A stretch of DNA of 64,000 nt, from NCBI GenBank assembly GCA_034007105.1, contig JAVERM010000001.1, positions 8,434 to 72,433 on the forward strand, written 5' to 3'. Position numbers and translations under genes: made by a program. Of this stretch, positions 31,562 through 41,999 are shown one piece after another. The notes beneath the pieces were generated by a model that was not told the origin of the DNA, did no database searches, and saw only the letters and a list, made by a program, of their open reading frames with translations. Numbering within the stretch: the stretch's first letter is position 1; each line of letters opens with the position of its first letter. This DNA comes from Trichlorobacter sp. (lineage in GTDB: Bacteria > Desulfobacterota > Desulfuromonadia > Geobacterales > Pseudopelobacteraceae).

Positions 31562-32980
31562 ATGGGTTTAAGTGCAGCATTTGAAATAGGCAGTGCAGGC
31601 CTAAGGATTCATCAGGTGGCAATGGAGGTGATGAGTGAGAACATCGCCAATGTCAACACACCAGGCTACTCCCGCCAAAGGGTAATTCTGGAAACAGCCC
31701 CACCCACTGTCCACAACGGTTTTCCGCTTGGTTCCGGCGTTAAAATATCCACTGTTGAGCGTTATTACGATGCCCTTATTCAAAAACAGCTGGTAAACGC
31801 AGAAACCACATCCGGTTATAACCAATCCAAATTGCAGGTTTTACAGCAGGTTGAACCAGCTTTTAACGAACTTGCCCAGGACGGTCTGGGGGCAACCATA
31901 GTTGATTTTTTCAACTCCTGGCATGATTTGACCCTTAATCCCACAGGAATAGCCGAACGTCAGAACGTGATTGCCAAGGCACAGATGATGACTGACCAGT
32001 TTCATTATGCCAGCCAGACCATAACCGATGCCATGGTTGCCCAAAATGATAGCCTGGTTTCACTGACCGATGAAATTAATGGCAAGCTTAAGGATATCGC
32101 CTACCTGAACGGTCAAATCAAAATGACTGAGCTGGTATACGGCAATGCCAATGAAATGCGGGATCAACGGGATCAGCTTATCCGTGATTTAAGCACCAAT
32201 TTTGCAGTAACCTTTGTGGAAAACACCGATGGCACCACTGATGTAAAATATAACGAAGGCGGCACAACCCATAATCTGGTAACCGGCTCCACCATTGACA
32301 ACAATTTCACCCTTGTTGATGGTACGGCTTTGCCAGACCCGTCCTCCACTCCCCGTAAAAACGTTCAGCTTACCCCAAGCGGAGGCGGAGCCGCTGTTGG
32401 CATCACGCCCACCACCGGCAAATTGGGTGCTGCCCTTGAGCTGCGTGATACCACCTTGCAGGGCTACCTTGATGACCTTGATGATCTTGCTGAAAATATA
32501 GTTACAGATGTGAACAGCTTGCACAAAAGCGATCCTGGCGTCCGGGATACTTATGATTTAAACGGTGCAGCTGGCGGTTCTTTCTTTGATGGTGCAGACC
32601 TAACATCCGCAACCATAAAAATTGACAGCAACATACTTAACAGTCCGGACAAAATCGCCGCTGCACTGACAAACTCAAAAGGTGACAGCAGCAATGCCCT
32701 GGAAATTGCTCAGCTTAATGCAACAGTTTACAGCTACTCGGCAAGCTACAAAACCCTGGTTGCCCAGATCGGGCTTGATGTACAGGCTGCCAACACTGTC
32801 ACCAAGCAGGATGCAGCCTTTATGAAGCAGTTGCAAACTTTGCGTGACTCCCATTCCGGAGTATCACTGGATGAAGAGCTGGCTGCACTGATCAAATACC
32901 AGCGTTCCTACCAGGCTTCAGCAAGGCTGATTACCACAGCAACTGAAATGATGGATACCATCATCGCCATGGTACGTTAA
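31562..32980 (+). CDS. flgK: Hook-associated protein FlgK
   Basis: ENIANVNTPGYSRQR, SGVSLDEE, YQRSYQASARLI. Confidence 0.96.
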   Translation: MGLSAAFEIGSAGLRIHQVAMEVMSENIANVNTPGYSRQRVILETAPPTVHNGFPLGSGVKISTVERYYDALIQKQLVNAETTSGYNQSKLQVLQQVEPAFNELAQDGLGATIVDFFNSWHDLTLNPTGIAERQNVIAKAQMMTDQFHYASQTITDAMVAQNDSLVSLTDEINGKLKDIAYLNGQIKMTELVYGNANEMRDQRDQLIRDLSTNFAVTFVENTDGTTDVKYNEGGTTHNLVTGSTIDNNFTLVDGTALPDPSSTPRKNVQLTPSGGGAAVGITPTTGKLGAALELRDTTLQGYLDDLDDLAENIVTDVNSLHKSDPGVRDTYDLNGAAGGSFFDGADLTSATIKIDSNILNSPDKIAAALTNSKGDSSNALEIAQLNATVYSYSASYKTLVAQIGLDVQAANTVTKQDAAFMKQLQTLRDSHSGVSLDEELAALIKYQRSYQASARLITTATEMMDTIIAMVR

Positions 32981-32995
32981 CAGGAGATAAAACCT

Positions 32996-33910
32996 ATGCG
33001 TATTACACCCAACATAACCGTAAATAACTCTTTGTATAATATTCAGACTTCCCGCACCCTGATGGATCTTACCCAAGAGAAAATCGCCTCTGGCAAAAAC
33101 TATAACCGTGTAAGTGATGATCCGGTTATGGCGCGGCTTTTAATCGGTATTAATGATCGCTTTGGTGCCAATGAGCAGTATCTCAGTAACATTGGTAAAG
33201 CCAATATCTGGTTGAACATGACCCAAACCGCACTGGATGGCATGGCTGCCACCATGAAAGAGATTAAAGACCTGGTTAACACCATCCCCATTGATAATAA
33301 TGAGATTATCCCCCGCGAAAACATCGCCTATCAACTTGAACTAATGCGTGAACAGCTGGCTGATATGGGCAATACCCAACTTGATGGTCAGTATCTTTTT
33401 GCCGGCACTGACACAACTACCCAGCCTTTTGTACGTGCAAGGCAAGAACCTGCTGTTGCCAATGATTACCGCGGTAATGATGCAACCAGCAAGATACAGA
33501 TTGATGTCAACTCCAATGAAACTATCAACATACCTGGTGATAGCATCCTTGGCGGCAGCATAACATCAGGCAAAGTGGAAATATTAAAGGAACTGGATGA
33601 ACTGATTGCCAAGCTTTACGCCGGTCCTGTAAATGAAGCTGATCGTACACAATACGCCAACCTGATGGAAGAAGGAGCAAAGCAGATTCAGGCAGCACAG
33701 ATGACCAATGGCACCAGAATCAAGCGGGTTGATCTGATGTCCAAAATGCTCAACAACACTAAAAACACGCTGGAAACCGTTTACAGCAATACCCAAAACG
33801 CTGATTACTACAAGCTGGGAGTGGAGCTGAGCCAGCAAAAAACCGCCTTTGAGGCAACCCTTGCTGCCACGGCAAAGGTTACCCAGACATCACTTTTGGA
33901 TTACATCTGA
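32996..33910 (+). CDS. flgL: Hook-associated protein FlgL
   Basis: MRIT start, QEKIASGK..SDDP, GQYLFAG, C-terminal SLLDYI. Confidence 0.94.
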   Translation: MRITPNITVNNSLYNIQTSRTLMDLTQEKIASGKNYNRVSDDPVMARLLIGINDRFGANEQYLSNIGKANIWLNMTQTALDGMAATMKEIKDLVNTIPIDNNEIIPRENIAYQLELMREQLADMGNTQLDGQYLFAGTDTTTQPFVRARQEPAVANDYRGNDATSKIQIDVNSNETINIPGDSILGGSITSGKVEILKELDELIAKLYAGPVNEADRTQYANLMEEGAKQIQAAQMTNGTRIKRVDLMSKMLNNTKNTLETVYSNTQNADYYKLGVELSQQKTAFEATLAATAKVTQTSLLDYI

Positions 33911-33944
33911 TTCAGGTACATATCCATCCTGACAGCATACTAAA

Positions 33945-33969
33945 AAAGGGCGGTTTATAACCGCCCTTT
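33945..33969. terminator. Bidirectional intrinsic terminator between flgL and leuD
   Basis: AAAGGGCGGTT-TAT-AACCGCCCTTT hairpin between convergent genes. Confidence 0.85.
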
Positions 33970-34003
33970 CCTGTTTATGTTTAACTGACAACATATTTTT
34001 GAA

Positions 34004-34531
34004 TCAATACTTTTTATCTGCGTAATCCACCCATCCCCCTGCCAGCACCAACGCCTTGTCAAACGGTGAAAGCTCAAAGCCAAAACTTTTTTGCTCGCCA
34101 TTGCCGGAAACAGTCAAGGTCTGGGCTTCAATATCAATTTTCATCTCAACATCGTCACTGGCTGCAAAGGCAAAAAGCTGATCAAGCTCTGCTTTGGGCA
34201 GCTCAATGGCAGCCATGCCGCAGTTAAACATGTTCTGGCGGAATATGCGGGCAAAGGACTGTGCCACCACAGCCGTAATATCGTTTACCTCAAATACCCA
34301 GGGTGCATGTTCGCGGGAAGAACCGCAGCCAAAGTTTGCACGGGAAACAATCACCCGTGCATTTGCCAGTTTTTCACCCTTTGGATCAAAACCGGCAAGT
34401 TTCAAATCCTCCAGGATATATGGCTGCAAATCCTGCTTGGTAATTTCAGTCAGGTATTTTGCCGGTATAATCTCATCGGTATTGATATCATCACGATCCA
34501 GAAATAAAACCGGTCCTCCAAAAGTTTTCAT
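34004..34531 (-). CDS. leuD: 3-isopropylmalate dehydratase small subunit
   Basis: DDINTDEIIPA, NFGCGSSREHA, SFARIF. Confidence 0.93.
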   Translation of the reverse strand: MKTFGGPVLFLDRDDINTDEIIPAKYLTEITKQDLQPYILEDLKLAGFDPKGEKLANARVIVSRANFGCGSSREHAPWVFEVNDITAVVAQSFARIFRQNMFNCGMAAIELPKAELDQLFAFAASDDVEMKIDIEAQTLTVSGNGEQKSFGFELSPFDKALVLAGGWVDYADKKY

Positions 34532-34603
34532 ATATGTTACTCCTTAAGTGTAAAAGTTTATTTCAGCCCCATAACCAGGAACAGGTTTTGAAAGGGAGCA
34601 GAA

Positions 34604-35887
34604 CTACAGATACTTGCGTGGGTCAGCAATTTTACCCTCTATCCCTGTGGCTGCTGCCGTTGCCGGTGACATCAGATGCACCATACCGCCTTTACCCATT
34701 CTGCCGTTAAAGTTGCGGTTGGTGGTAGAGGCACATACTTCACCATCAGCCAGCACGCCGTTACTCATCCCCAGGCAGGCTCCGCAGGTGGAGTTGGTAA
34801 CGCAAAAACCGGCATCAAGAAAAATATCAATCAACCCTTCTTTCATGGCATCACGGTAAATCTTTGGCGTTGCCGGAGAAAGAATACCCCGCACATTTTC
34901 TGCCAGTTTACGACCTTTTAGAATCCGGGCAGCAATACGCAAATCTTCAATACGACCGTTAGTGCAGGAGCCAAGGTAAACCTGGTCAACTTTGCCATCA
35001 GCAAACTCGGTAACCGGTTTTACCTGATCCGGCTTATAGTTAAAGGTGGCAACCGGCACCAGTGCTGTGGCATCAATCTCAATAACCTGCTCATAGTCTG
35101 CATCAGCATCTGAGCACCATTGCTGGTATTCAGCAAGGGCAGCTTCTTTAGAGGCAAACTCATCCTGAATAAATGGCCAGAGGTATTCAACCGTGGTCAT
35201 ATCAGGCATACAGATTCCGGAGGTACCACCTGCTTCAATCGCCATATTGCAAAGGGTCATACGTGATTCCATGGACATGGCATCAACTGTGCTGCCGCCA
35301 AACTCAAGCACACGGTCAGTTGCACCGTTTACCCCGATTTTACCAATCAGGGTAAGGATAACATCCTTGGCATAAACTCCTTTGGGCAGTTCTCCATTGA
35401 TGTTAACACGGATGGTTTTTGGCTCACGAAACGCACAAACACCTTTTAAAATGCCAACTTCAAGATCAGTAGTACCAACGCCAGCAGCAAAAGCACCAAA
35501 AGCACCGTGGGTGCAGGTGTGAGAATCACCCATAATTACGGTATTGCCCGGGCGGATAAAACCTTTTTCCGGAAAGATGGCATGGCAGACACCGTTAGCA
35601 CCAATATCAAAGAAATCCTTAATCCCCTGACGGCGTGCCCAATCACGCAATATTTTGCCCTGGGTGGCAGTTTTGGAGTCCTTTGCCGGAGTAACATGAT
35701 CAATAACCGCTTTTATTTTTGTGGCATCAAAAACACGATCTTTGCCCCGCTCCATCAGATCAACAATGGCAATCGGTGTGGTTATTTCATGACAAAGAAC
35801 AACATCCAGACGCAGTACCTTGGTGCCGACAAACGGCTCATCAACAAGGTGTGCTGCAAAAATCTTTTCAGCAGTGGTTTTGCCCAT
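34604..35887 (-). CDS. leuC: 3-isopropylmalate dehydratase large subunit
   Basis: GDSHTCTHGA, GSCTNGR, CGACLG, STTNRNFNGRMG; start taken at MGKT. Confidence 0.94.
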   Translation of the reverse strand: MGKTTAEKIFAAHLVDEPFVGTKVLRLDVVLCHEITTPIAIVDLMERGKDRVFDATKIKAVIDHVTPAKDSKTATQGKILRDWARRQGIKDFFDIGANGVCHAIFPEKGFIRPGNTVIMGDSHTCTHGAFGAFAAGVGTTDLEVGILKGVCAFREPKTIRVNINGELPKGVYAKDVILTLIGKIGVNGATDRVLEFGGSTVDAMSMESRMTLCNMAIEAGGTSGICMPDMTTVEYLWPFIQDEFASKEAALAEYQQWCSDADADYEQVIEIDATALVPVATFNYKPDQVKPVTEFADGKVDQVYLGSCTNGRIEDLRIAARILKGRKLAENVRGILSPATPKIYRDAMKEGLIDIFLDAGFCVTNSTCGACLGMSNGVLADGEVCASTTNRNFNGRMGKGGMVHLMSPATAAATGIEGKIADPRKYL

Positions 35888-35978
35888 ATCAAATTTTCCT
35901 TTCAAGATGTTGTAAAATTAAAAACGATAGCAAAATCAGCCTGTCAAGTCCATAGCTTTACAAAAATAGGATACGAAA

Positions 35979-36002
35979 AAAGGCACTTGTAACAAGTGCC
36001 TT
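35979..36002 (-). terminator. Terminator downstream of tRNA-Asp
   Basis: AAGGCACTTGT-A-ACAAGTGCCTT hairpin with T-run on the minus strand. Confidence 0.75.
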
Positions 36003-36017
36003 ACAGTAAGCTTTATA

Positions 36018-36094
36018 TGGCGGGGTTGACGGGGCTCGAACCCGCGACCTCTGGCGTGACAGGCCAGCACTCTAACCAACTGAGCTACAACCCC
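36018..36094 (-). tRNA. tRNA-Asp(GTC)
   Basis: Minus strand GGGGTTGTAGCTCAGTTGGTTAGAG...CTGTCAC...GGTTCGAGCCC...CCCCGCCA, 77 nt, encoded CCA. Confidence 0.98.
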
Positions 36095-36145
36095 TTAAAT
36101 GAAAGAACAGTTTTAATCTCATACCAGCCAATAAAAAGCAAGTGC

Positions 36146-36177
36146 AAAAAATCCCCCTCCCATAATTGAGAGGGGGA
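36146..36177 (-). terminator. Terminator after hcp
   Basis: TCCCCCTC...GAGGGGGA stem followed by T-run on the minus strand. Confidence 0.7.
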
Positions 36178-36221
36178 CAATAGGTAATTATGAATATTTA
36201 AAACCGGTTTACAACTATATC

Positions 36222-37832
36222 CTAGCCAAGAATCGCTTTCAGATCCTCTTCAGCCGTAGTAATCGGCATGATGTTGAAGTTCTCCACCAGGAAGTTCAGC
36301 ACTGTCGGGGTAATAAAGGCCGGCAGTGTGGGTCCAAGGCGGATATTTTTGATACCAAGTGAGAGCAGGGTAAGCAGTACAACAACCGCTTTTTGCTCGT
36401 ACCAGGAGATAATCAATGAAAGCGGCAGATCGTTTACGCCGCAATCAAATGCCTCTGCCAAAGCCACGGCAATCTGGATGGCACTGTAGGCATCGTTACA
36501 CTGACCAACATCCAGAAGGCGCGGAATGCCACCAATATCGCCAAACTCAAGCTTGTTAAAGCGGTACTTGCCACAGGCAAGGGTAAGGATAACTGTATCT
36601 TGCGGAGCTTTTTCAGCAAACTCGGTGTAATAGTTACGACCTGATTTTGCACCGTCACAACCGCCAATCAGGAAGAAATGCTTGATCTGACCAGCTTTAA
36701 CAGCAGCGATTACCTTATCAGCAACCCCAAGAACAGCCTTGTGACCAAAGCCAACCAGAATCTCCTGCCCCGGGTTTTCCGGCAGGCTTGGGCATTCCAG
36801 TGCCTTGTTGATTACTTCGGAGAAATCCCAGCCTTCAATATGCCTTACATCCGGCCACTGTACCAGCCCCCAGGTAAAGAGACGGTCTTTGTAGGAATCA
36901 GCCGGACGCTGGATGCAGTTGGTGTTAAAAATAATGGCACCAGGGAAGTTGGGGAACTCTTTTGCCTGATCCTGCCAGGCACCGCCGAAGTTGGCCACCA
37001 GGTGTGGATATTTCTTCAGCTCGGGGTAACCGTGGGCAGGAATCATCTCGCCGTGGGTATAGATGTTGATACCTTTGCCTTCGGTCTGCTTGAGCAGCTC
37101 TTCAAGCATCCGCAAATCGTGACCAGAAACAAGGATGCCCTTGCCTGCACGGGTGCCAAGGTTTACAGCGGTTGGTGTGGGTGCGCCATAGGTATCATTG
37201 TGGGCTGCATCAAGTACACCCATGGTGGTCAGGTTCTGCTTGCCACACTCCATGCACAACTCTACATAATCCATCAGTCCCAGGCTGCTATCGGTGGTGG
37301 CAGCAAGCGCGCGCTGGAAGAAAGCCATTACATCATCATTGGTTTTGCCCAGAATCATGGCATGATCCATATAGGCAGACATACCTTTCAGACCATAGAT
37401 GAGAATTTCAATTACTGAGCGGATATCTGCGTTCATATGCCAGGTGCTGATGCCGTACTGTCCGCCCTGGGTAACCATTCCTGCCAGGTCAGCTGCCGGC
37501 TTCCAGTCGGCAATGGGACCTGAAAGGTTAACACCTTTAGTGAGGCAGCCTGCCTTGGCTTTTTCCTTCAGCTGGTAGCAACGCTGGATAAGCTTGCCGA
37601 TCACTTCCGGATCAAAGTCAACGTTGGTAATGGTGGTAAAAAGACCTTCAACAGTAAAGCGGTCAATCTCGGCATCACGGCCAAGTTTATCAGCGTAAAG
37701 AGCCAGTGACTTAAGACCGTAGACCAGATGATCCTGCAATGCAGCCACATCCGGTTTTTTGCCACAAACTCCGGAAATATTACAACCGGTTCCATTAGCT
37801 GCCTGCTCACATTGGTTACAGAACATACCCAT
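36222..37832 (-). CDS. hcp: Hybrid cluster protein (hydroxylamine reductase)
   Basis: MFCNQCEQ..GC..GVCGK, SGHDL, YTHGEM, GGCDG, DVGQCNDAY, SWYEQKA; start at MGMF after AGGAGG. Confidence 0.97.
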   Translation of the reverse strand: MGMFCNQCEQAANGTGCNISGVCGKKPDVAALQDHLVYGLKSLALYADKLGRDAEIDRFTVEGLFTTITNVDFDPEVIGKLIQRCYQLKEKAKAGCLTKGVNLSGPIADWKPAADLAGMVTQGGQYGISTWHMNADIRSVIEILIYGLKGMSAYMDHAMILGKTNDDVMAFFQRALAATTDSSLGLMDYVELCMECGKQNLTTMGVLDAAHNDTYGAPTPTAVNLGTRAGKGILVSGHDLRMLEELLKQTEGKGINIYTHGEMIPAHGYPELKKYPHLVANFGGAWQDQAKEFPNFPGAIIFNTNCIQRPADSYKDRLFTWGLVQWPDVRHIEGWDFSEVINKALECPSLPENPGQEILVGFGHKAVLGVADKVIAAVKAGQIKHFFLIGGCDGAKSGRNYYTEFAEKAPQDTVILTLACGKYRFNKLEFGDIGGIPRLLDVGQCNDAYSAIQIAVALAEAFDCGVNDLPLSLIISWYEQKAVVVLLTLLSLGIKNIRLGPTLPAFITPTVLNFLVENFNIMPITTAEEDLKAILG

Positions 37833-37928
37833 AATCAAACCCTCCTTTTGTAATTGCATCTGTGTAAAAGATGCTTTTAAAATCAAAACATTTGAATGGC
37901 AGATTATAACAGACTTTTCATATTTTGC

Positions 37929-37942
37929 ATGACAAAGGTCAA
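37929..37942. promoter_or_regulatory. HcpR/CRP-FNR-family box upstream of hcp
   Basis: ATGAC-AAAG-GTCAA (1 mismatch to TTGAC-N4-GTCAA); perfect TATAAT on minus strand at 37908-37903 puts the box near -41. Confidence 0.7.
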
Positions 37943-38045
37943 AAAGCGATTCAGTTTCCACAATACTAACCGTAGAAATATGTTATAAACCTGCAAAGTA
38001 CACAGGTTTTTAGTTTCCCATAAACAGGCAGGAGGTACCATAGCA

Positions 38046-39149
38046 ATGTCCGAAGTATTTTTTGCAGATATGCGTGCAGGTCATAAGGAAAATCTGTTTG
38101 ATAAAATCTCGAAATTGCTTGCTTACTGCGGGCTTGACAGGCGGGTACAAAAAGATGACCTGACTGCTGTTAAAATCCACTTTGGCGAAAAAGGCAACAG
38201 TGCCTTTATCCGTCCCATATTTGCACGCCGTGTTGTGGATGACCTGAAAAAACTGGGGGCAAAGCCTTTTTTAACCGATTCATCCACACTTTACCCTGGT
38301 GAGCGCAAAGAAGCTGTCTCTGCCCTATCCTGCGGTATTGAGCATGGATTTGCCTACAGCGTGGTAAACGCCCCACTGATTATCAGCGATGGCTTGCGCG
38401 GTGTTACAGAAACCACCATCCCCATTGCTGGCGAGCTTTTAAAGGAAGTCTACATAGGCACCGAAATCGTGGAAGCCGACGCCATGGTAACCATGTCCCA
38501 CTTTAAAGGGCATGAGCTGACCGGTTTTGGCGGTGCCATTAAAAATCTGGGTATGGGCTGCGCATCCCGTAAAGGCAAGCTTGTCCAGCATTCAACCGTT
38601 GCGCCAGTGGTTGCCGCAAAGCACTGCACAGGTTGCAGCATCTGTCTTAAATCCTGCGCCCATGATGCCATTGCCATGGTGGACAACAAGGCTGTTATTG
38701 ATGCTGTCAAATGTGTTGGTTGCTCCCGCTGCATCACCATCTGTCCGGTTAAAGCGATCAATGTCCAGTGGAATGAAGCTTCTGATCTGGTCATGAAAAA
38801 AATGGCAGAATATGCACTGGGAGCTGTTGCCAACAAGCGTAACAAAACTGTATACATAAGTTTTATTACACAGGTATCACCAGCTTGTGATTGCTATGGC
38901 TTTTGTGACGCACCCATTGTAAACGATATCGGTATCTGCGCTTCCACAGATCCGGTGGCTATTGATCAGGCCTGTGCAGACCTGGTTAATAATGCCAGGG
39001 GCAACGAGGGCGGTGCCCTTAAAAGTGGGCATGAACCAGGCGGAGATAAATTTCGTGGTGTGTGGCCTGAAGTACCCTGGCAAGCACAGCTTGAACATGG
39101 TGAAAAAATCGGGCTGGGTAGCAGGAGCTACAAACTGACAAAAATTTGA
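38046..39149 (+). CDS. DUF362-family Fe-S protein with 2x[4Fe-4S] ferredoxin insert
   Basis: KIHFGEKGN, SHFKGHELTGFGGAIKNLGMG, two CxxCxxCxxxC motifs, CDC, DPVAIDQAC. Confidence 0.88.
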   Translation: MSEVFFADMRAGHKENLFDKISKLLAYCGLDRRVQKDDLTAVKIHFGEKGNSAFIRPIFARRVVDDLKKLGAKPFLTDSSTLYPGERKEAVSALSCGIEHGFAYSVVNAPLIISDGLRGVTETTIPIAGELLKEVYIGTEIVEADAMVTMSHFKGHELTGFGGAIKNLGMGCASRKGKLVQHSTVAPVVAAKHCTGCSICLKSCAHDAIAMVDNKAVIDAVKCVGCSRCITICPVKAINVQWNEASDLVMKKMAEYALGAVANKRNKTVYISFITQVSPACDCYGFCDAPIVNDIGICASTDPVAIDQACADLVNNARGNEGGALKSGHEPGGDKFRGVWPEVPWQAQLEHGEKIGLGSRSYKLTKI

Positions 39150-39177
39150 CATATGATGTTTATCAGGTACAGACAAA

Positions 39178-41928
39178 ATGATGTTCCACAGTTTTCGACA
39201 CAGATTAATCATTACTTTCAGCCTGTTTGTTGTGTTCTTGCTACTGATCATCGCCTGCAGCACCCATGCCTGGTTCAGTTACCACACGAACAAAATGCTG
39301 TTCAGAGAGCAGTTTAGTAATGTAAGTTACCTGGCGCACAGCCTTGATGACAAAATTCTGACAGCACAACAGTCTCTACTAGCAGTTGCCAAAGTAATGC
39401 CGCTGGAAAAGCGAAACAATCCGGTTGCCATGCAGCAATGGTTAGCAGACCGTGCCGGAATCCAGACTATTTTCCGGCATGGTCTGTTTGTTTATGATGA
39501 TAACAGCAAAATTATCGCTGCCATTCCCGAGCATCCTGAACTAATCGGTAAATTTCACTCTCACCATCCTTACCTGCAAGAGACCATCTCCAACAACGCG
39601 CCTTATATCTCCAGACCGTTTCGCTCAAAAGTAGATGGCACTCCGGTAATGGCCATGACTGCACCGGTTTTTGATAAAAACGGCAAACTGGCACTGGTAC
39701 TTGCAGGGCAGATAAAGCTGCAAAGCACAAACGGGCTTTTCCACGATATTCTAAGACCCACAATAAGCCACACCGGTTATTTTTACCTTTTTGGTAATGA
39801 CCGCACAGTATATCTGCACCCTGATAGCTACCGTATGTTTAAAAAAGATGTTCCACTGGGTGCAAACAAGGCCTTTGATGCTGCCATAAACGGTTTTGAG
39901 GGCACAATGGAAACAATAAACAGCAAAAGGATACCTTTTATTGTCTCCATCAAACGGCTTAAATCTGTTGATCTTATCCTAGCTGCCAATTTTCCGCTTA
40001 AAGAAGCTTACGCACCCTATTACCGTTTTATCTCCATCTACCTGCTGGGTATAGCACTGACCATCATGCTTGGCGTCACTGCTGCCTGGTTGCTGGGGCG
40101 CAGATTAAGCCGCAGCATCAGTAACCTTTCCCGAGAGATATACGAACTGTCCAAAGAGCCTGATCCCAAAAAACGGATTAGTGGCAGCGATGAAATGGAG
40201 CTGCAATTACTGTCTGAGTCTTTCAACAACCTGCTGGACAAGCTGTGCATAAGGGAATCAAAAATTAGTGATTTCTCTTTAGCCCTGGAGAAGAAGAACC
40301 AGGAATTGGCAATTTTGCTGGATAAAGCCCAAGCAGCAACCAAAGCCAAAGATATATTTCTGGCAACCATGAGCCATGAAATCCGCACACCACTAAACTG
40401 CATCATCGGTATGACCAGCCTGCTGATGGAAACAAGGCTTGATGAAGAACAAAAACGCTTTACCGGCATGGTGCGCAAAAGCGGCGATAACCTGCTGGAA
40501 ATCATCAATGATATTCTGGATTTTTCCAAAATTGAGGCAGGACATCTGGAGCTTGAAAGAATAGTTTTTGAACCAAGGCAGGTGCTGGAAGATGTGCTTG
40601 AACTGCTGTCAATCAAGGCAGCGGAAAAAGAGCTTGAGCTTACCTGCTATCTGGAGCCCACCGTGCCTTGTGCACTTAAAGGAGACCCCTACCGGCTGCG
40701 TCAGGTTTTAACCAATCTTGCCAATAATGCCATTAAATTTACAGAGCAGGGCGAAGTTTCCATCCGTGCCACACTGTTTTTTGCAACTGATGAACATATT
40801 GTACTGCACCTCTCTGTACAGGATACCGGCATCGGCATACCTGAAAACCGGCTGAAAACCATATTTGAACCCTTTACGCAAGCCGATGGTTCAACCACCC
40901 GCAAATATGGCGGCAGCGGACTTGGGCTGGCGATCTGCAAACAGCTTGTACAAGCCATGGGCGGTGAAATAAATCTGGAAAGCACGGTTGGTAAAGGCTC
41001 CAAATTCTGGTTTACTGCCAGTTTTGATACAATACATGATGCTGATATGCACCAATGCCCAGCTACGCCTACAAAGCATGATAAAAGGGATGAAAATAAA
41101 GATAATGCAGTTGATACACTGCTGAATCAGCAGAAAAAATCCAGCCAGGCGCGGATTTTGCTGGTGGAAGATAATGAAGTAAACCAGACAGTGGCATTGG
41201 CAATGCTTACAAAAGCAGGCTACAAAGCAGATGTTGCCTTTAACGGTGCAGCTGCCATTGAGCTGTTGCAGAAAAAAATCTATGACCTGGTTTTAATGGA
41301 TTGCCAGATGCCGATAATGGACGGTTTTGAGGCAACCAGACGGTTGCGGGTATCAGAAGAAACTGCGGCAAACAGGGCAGTGCCGATCATCGCCATGACT
41401 GCCAATGCCATGAACGGTGACCGCGAACGCTGTCTGTCTGCCGGCATGGATGATTATCTGCCAAAACCTGTAAAACCAGCCGAACTGAAGCAGATGCTGG
41501 CAAAATATCTGCAAAAACATCTGCCTGCTGCTGAAACAGGCTGTGTTATTGATTGCAGCGAACAAGCTATCTCCCAGGATTTGCATATTTTCAATCAGGC
41601 AGAGCTTCTGGACAGGGTAAGTGATTCTGTAGAGCTTATGTATGAAATCATTGAAATAGCTATTGAAGATATACCGCAGCAGTTAAACCTTTTGCGGGAT
41701 GCCATAGCTGAAAATAACCGCGACAATATACTTAAAGAAGCCCACAGCATTAAAGGATGTGCAGCCAACATCAGTGCCACAGAGCTGTACCACATCGCCA
41801 AAACAGTGGAAAAAACAGCCAATACAGCCAGTAAAGAACAGCTGGTTACACTGCTGCAAGAACTTGAAATCTGCTGTGAAAAACTGTTATCGGCACTTAA
41901 CAGGGCGTATGATGAAAAAGCTATGTAA
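39178..41928 (+). CDS. Hybrid sensor histidine kinase (Cache-HAMP-HisKA-HATPase-REC-Hpt)
   Basis: Two TMs, MSHEIRTPLN, NAIKFT, GGSGLGL, LMDCQMP, AHSIKG. Confidence 0.95.
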   Translation: MMFHSFRHRLIITFSLFVVFLLLIIACSTHAWFSYHTNKMLFREQFSNVSYLAHSLDDKILTAQQSLLAVAKVMPLEKRNNPVAMQQWLADRAGIQTIFRHGLFVYDDNSKIIAAIPEHPELIGKFHSHHPYLQETISNNAPYISRPFRSKVDGTPVMAMTAPVFDKNGKLALVLAGQIKLQSTNGLFHDILRPTISHTGYFYLFGNDRTVYLHPDSYRMFKKDVPLGANKAFDAAINGFEGTMETINSKRIPFIVSIKRLKSVDLILAANFPLKEAYAPYYRFISIYLLGIALTIMLGVTAAWLLGRRLSRSISNLSREIYELSKEPDPKKRISGSDEMELQLLSESFNNLLDKLCIRESKISDFSLALEKKNQELAILLDKAQAATKAKDIFLATMSHEIRTPLNCIIGMTSLLMETRLDEEQKRFTGMVRKSGDNLLEIINDILDFSKIEAGHLELERIVFEPRQVLEDVLELLSIKAAEKELELTCYLEPTVPCALKGDPYRLRQVLTNLANNAIKFTEQGEVSIRATLFFATDEHIVLHLSVQDTGIGIPENRLKTIFEPFTQADGSTTRKYGGSGLGLAICKQLVQAMGGEINLESTVGKGSKFWFTASFDTIHDADMHQCPATPTKHDKRDENKDNAVDTLLNQQKKSSQARILLVEDNEVNQTVALAMLTKAGYKADVAFNGAAAIELLQKKIYDLVLMDCQMPIMDGFEATRRLRVSEETAANRAVPIIAMTANAMNGDRERCLSAGMDDYLPKPVKPAELKQMLAKYLQKHLPAAETGCVIDCSEQAISQDLHIFNQAELLDRVSDSVELMYEIIEIAIEDIPQQLNLLRDAIAENNRDNILKEAHSIKGCAANISATELYHIAKTVEKTANTASKEQLVTLLQELEICCEKLLSALNRAYDEKAM

Positions 41929-41999
41929 TGTCTATCCGGAAACAAGTATCTTCATAAAATCAACGTTTTCCGGATCAGCAAGGAGGAGACAAAACCAGT

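Noticed and set aside
37833-37961. 43-aa N-terminal extension of Hcp
   Set aside because: Strong AGGAGG precedes MGMFCNQC, and the extension covers the promoter.
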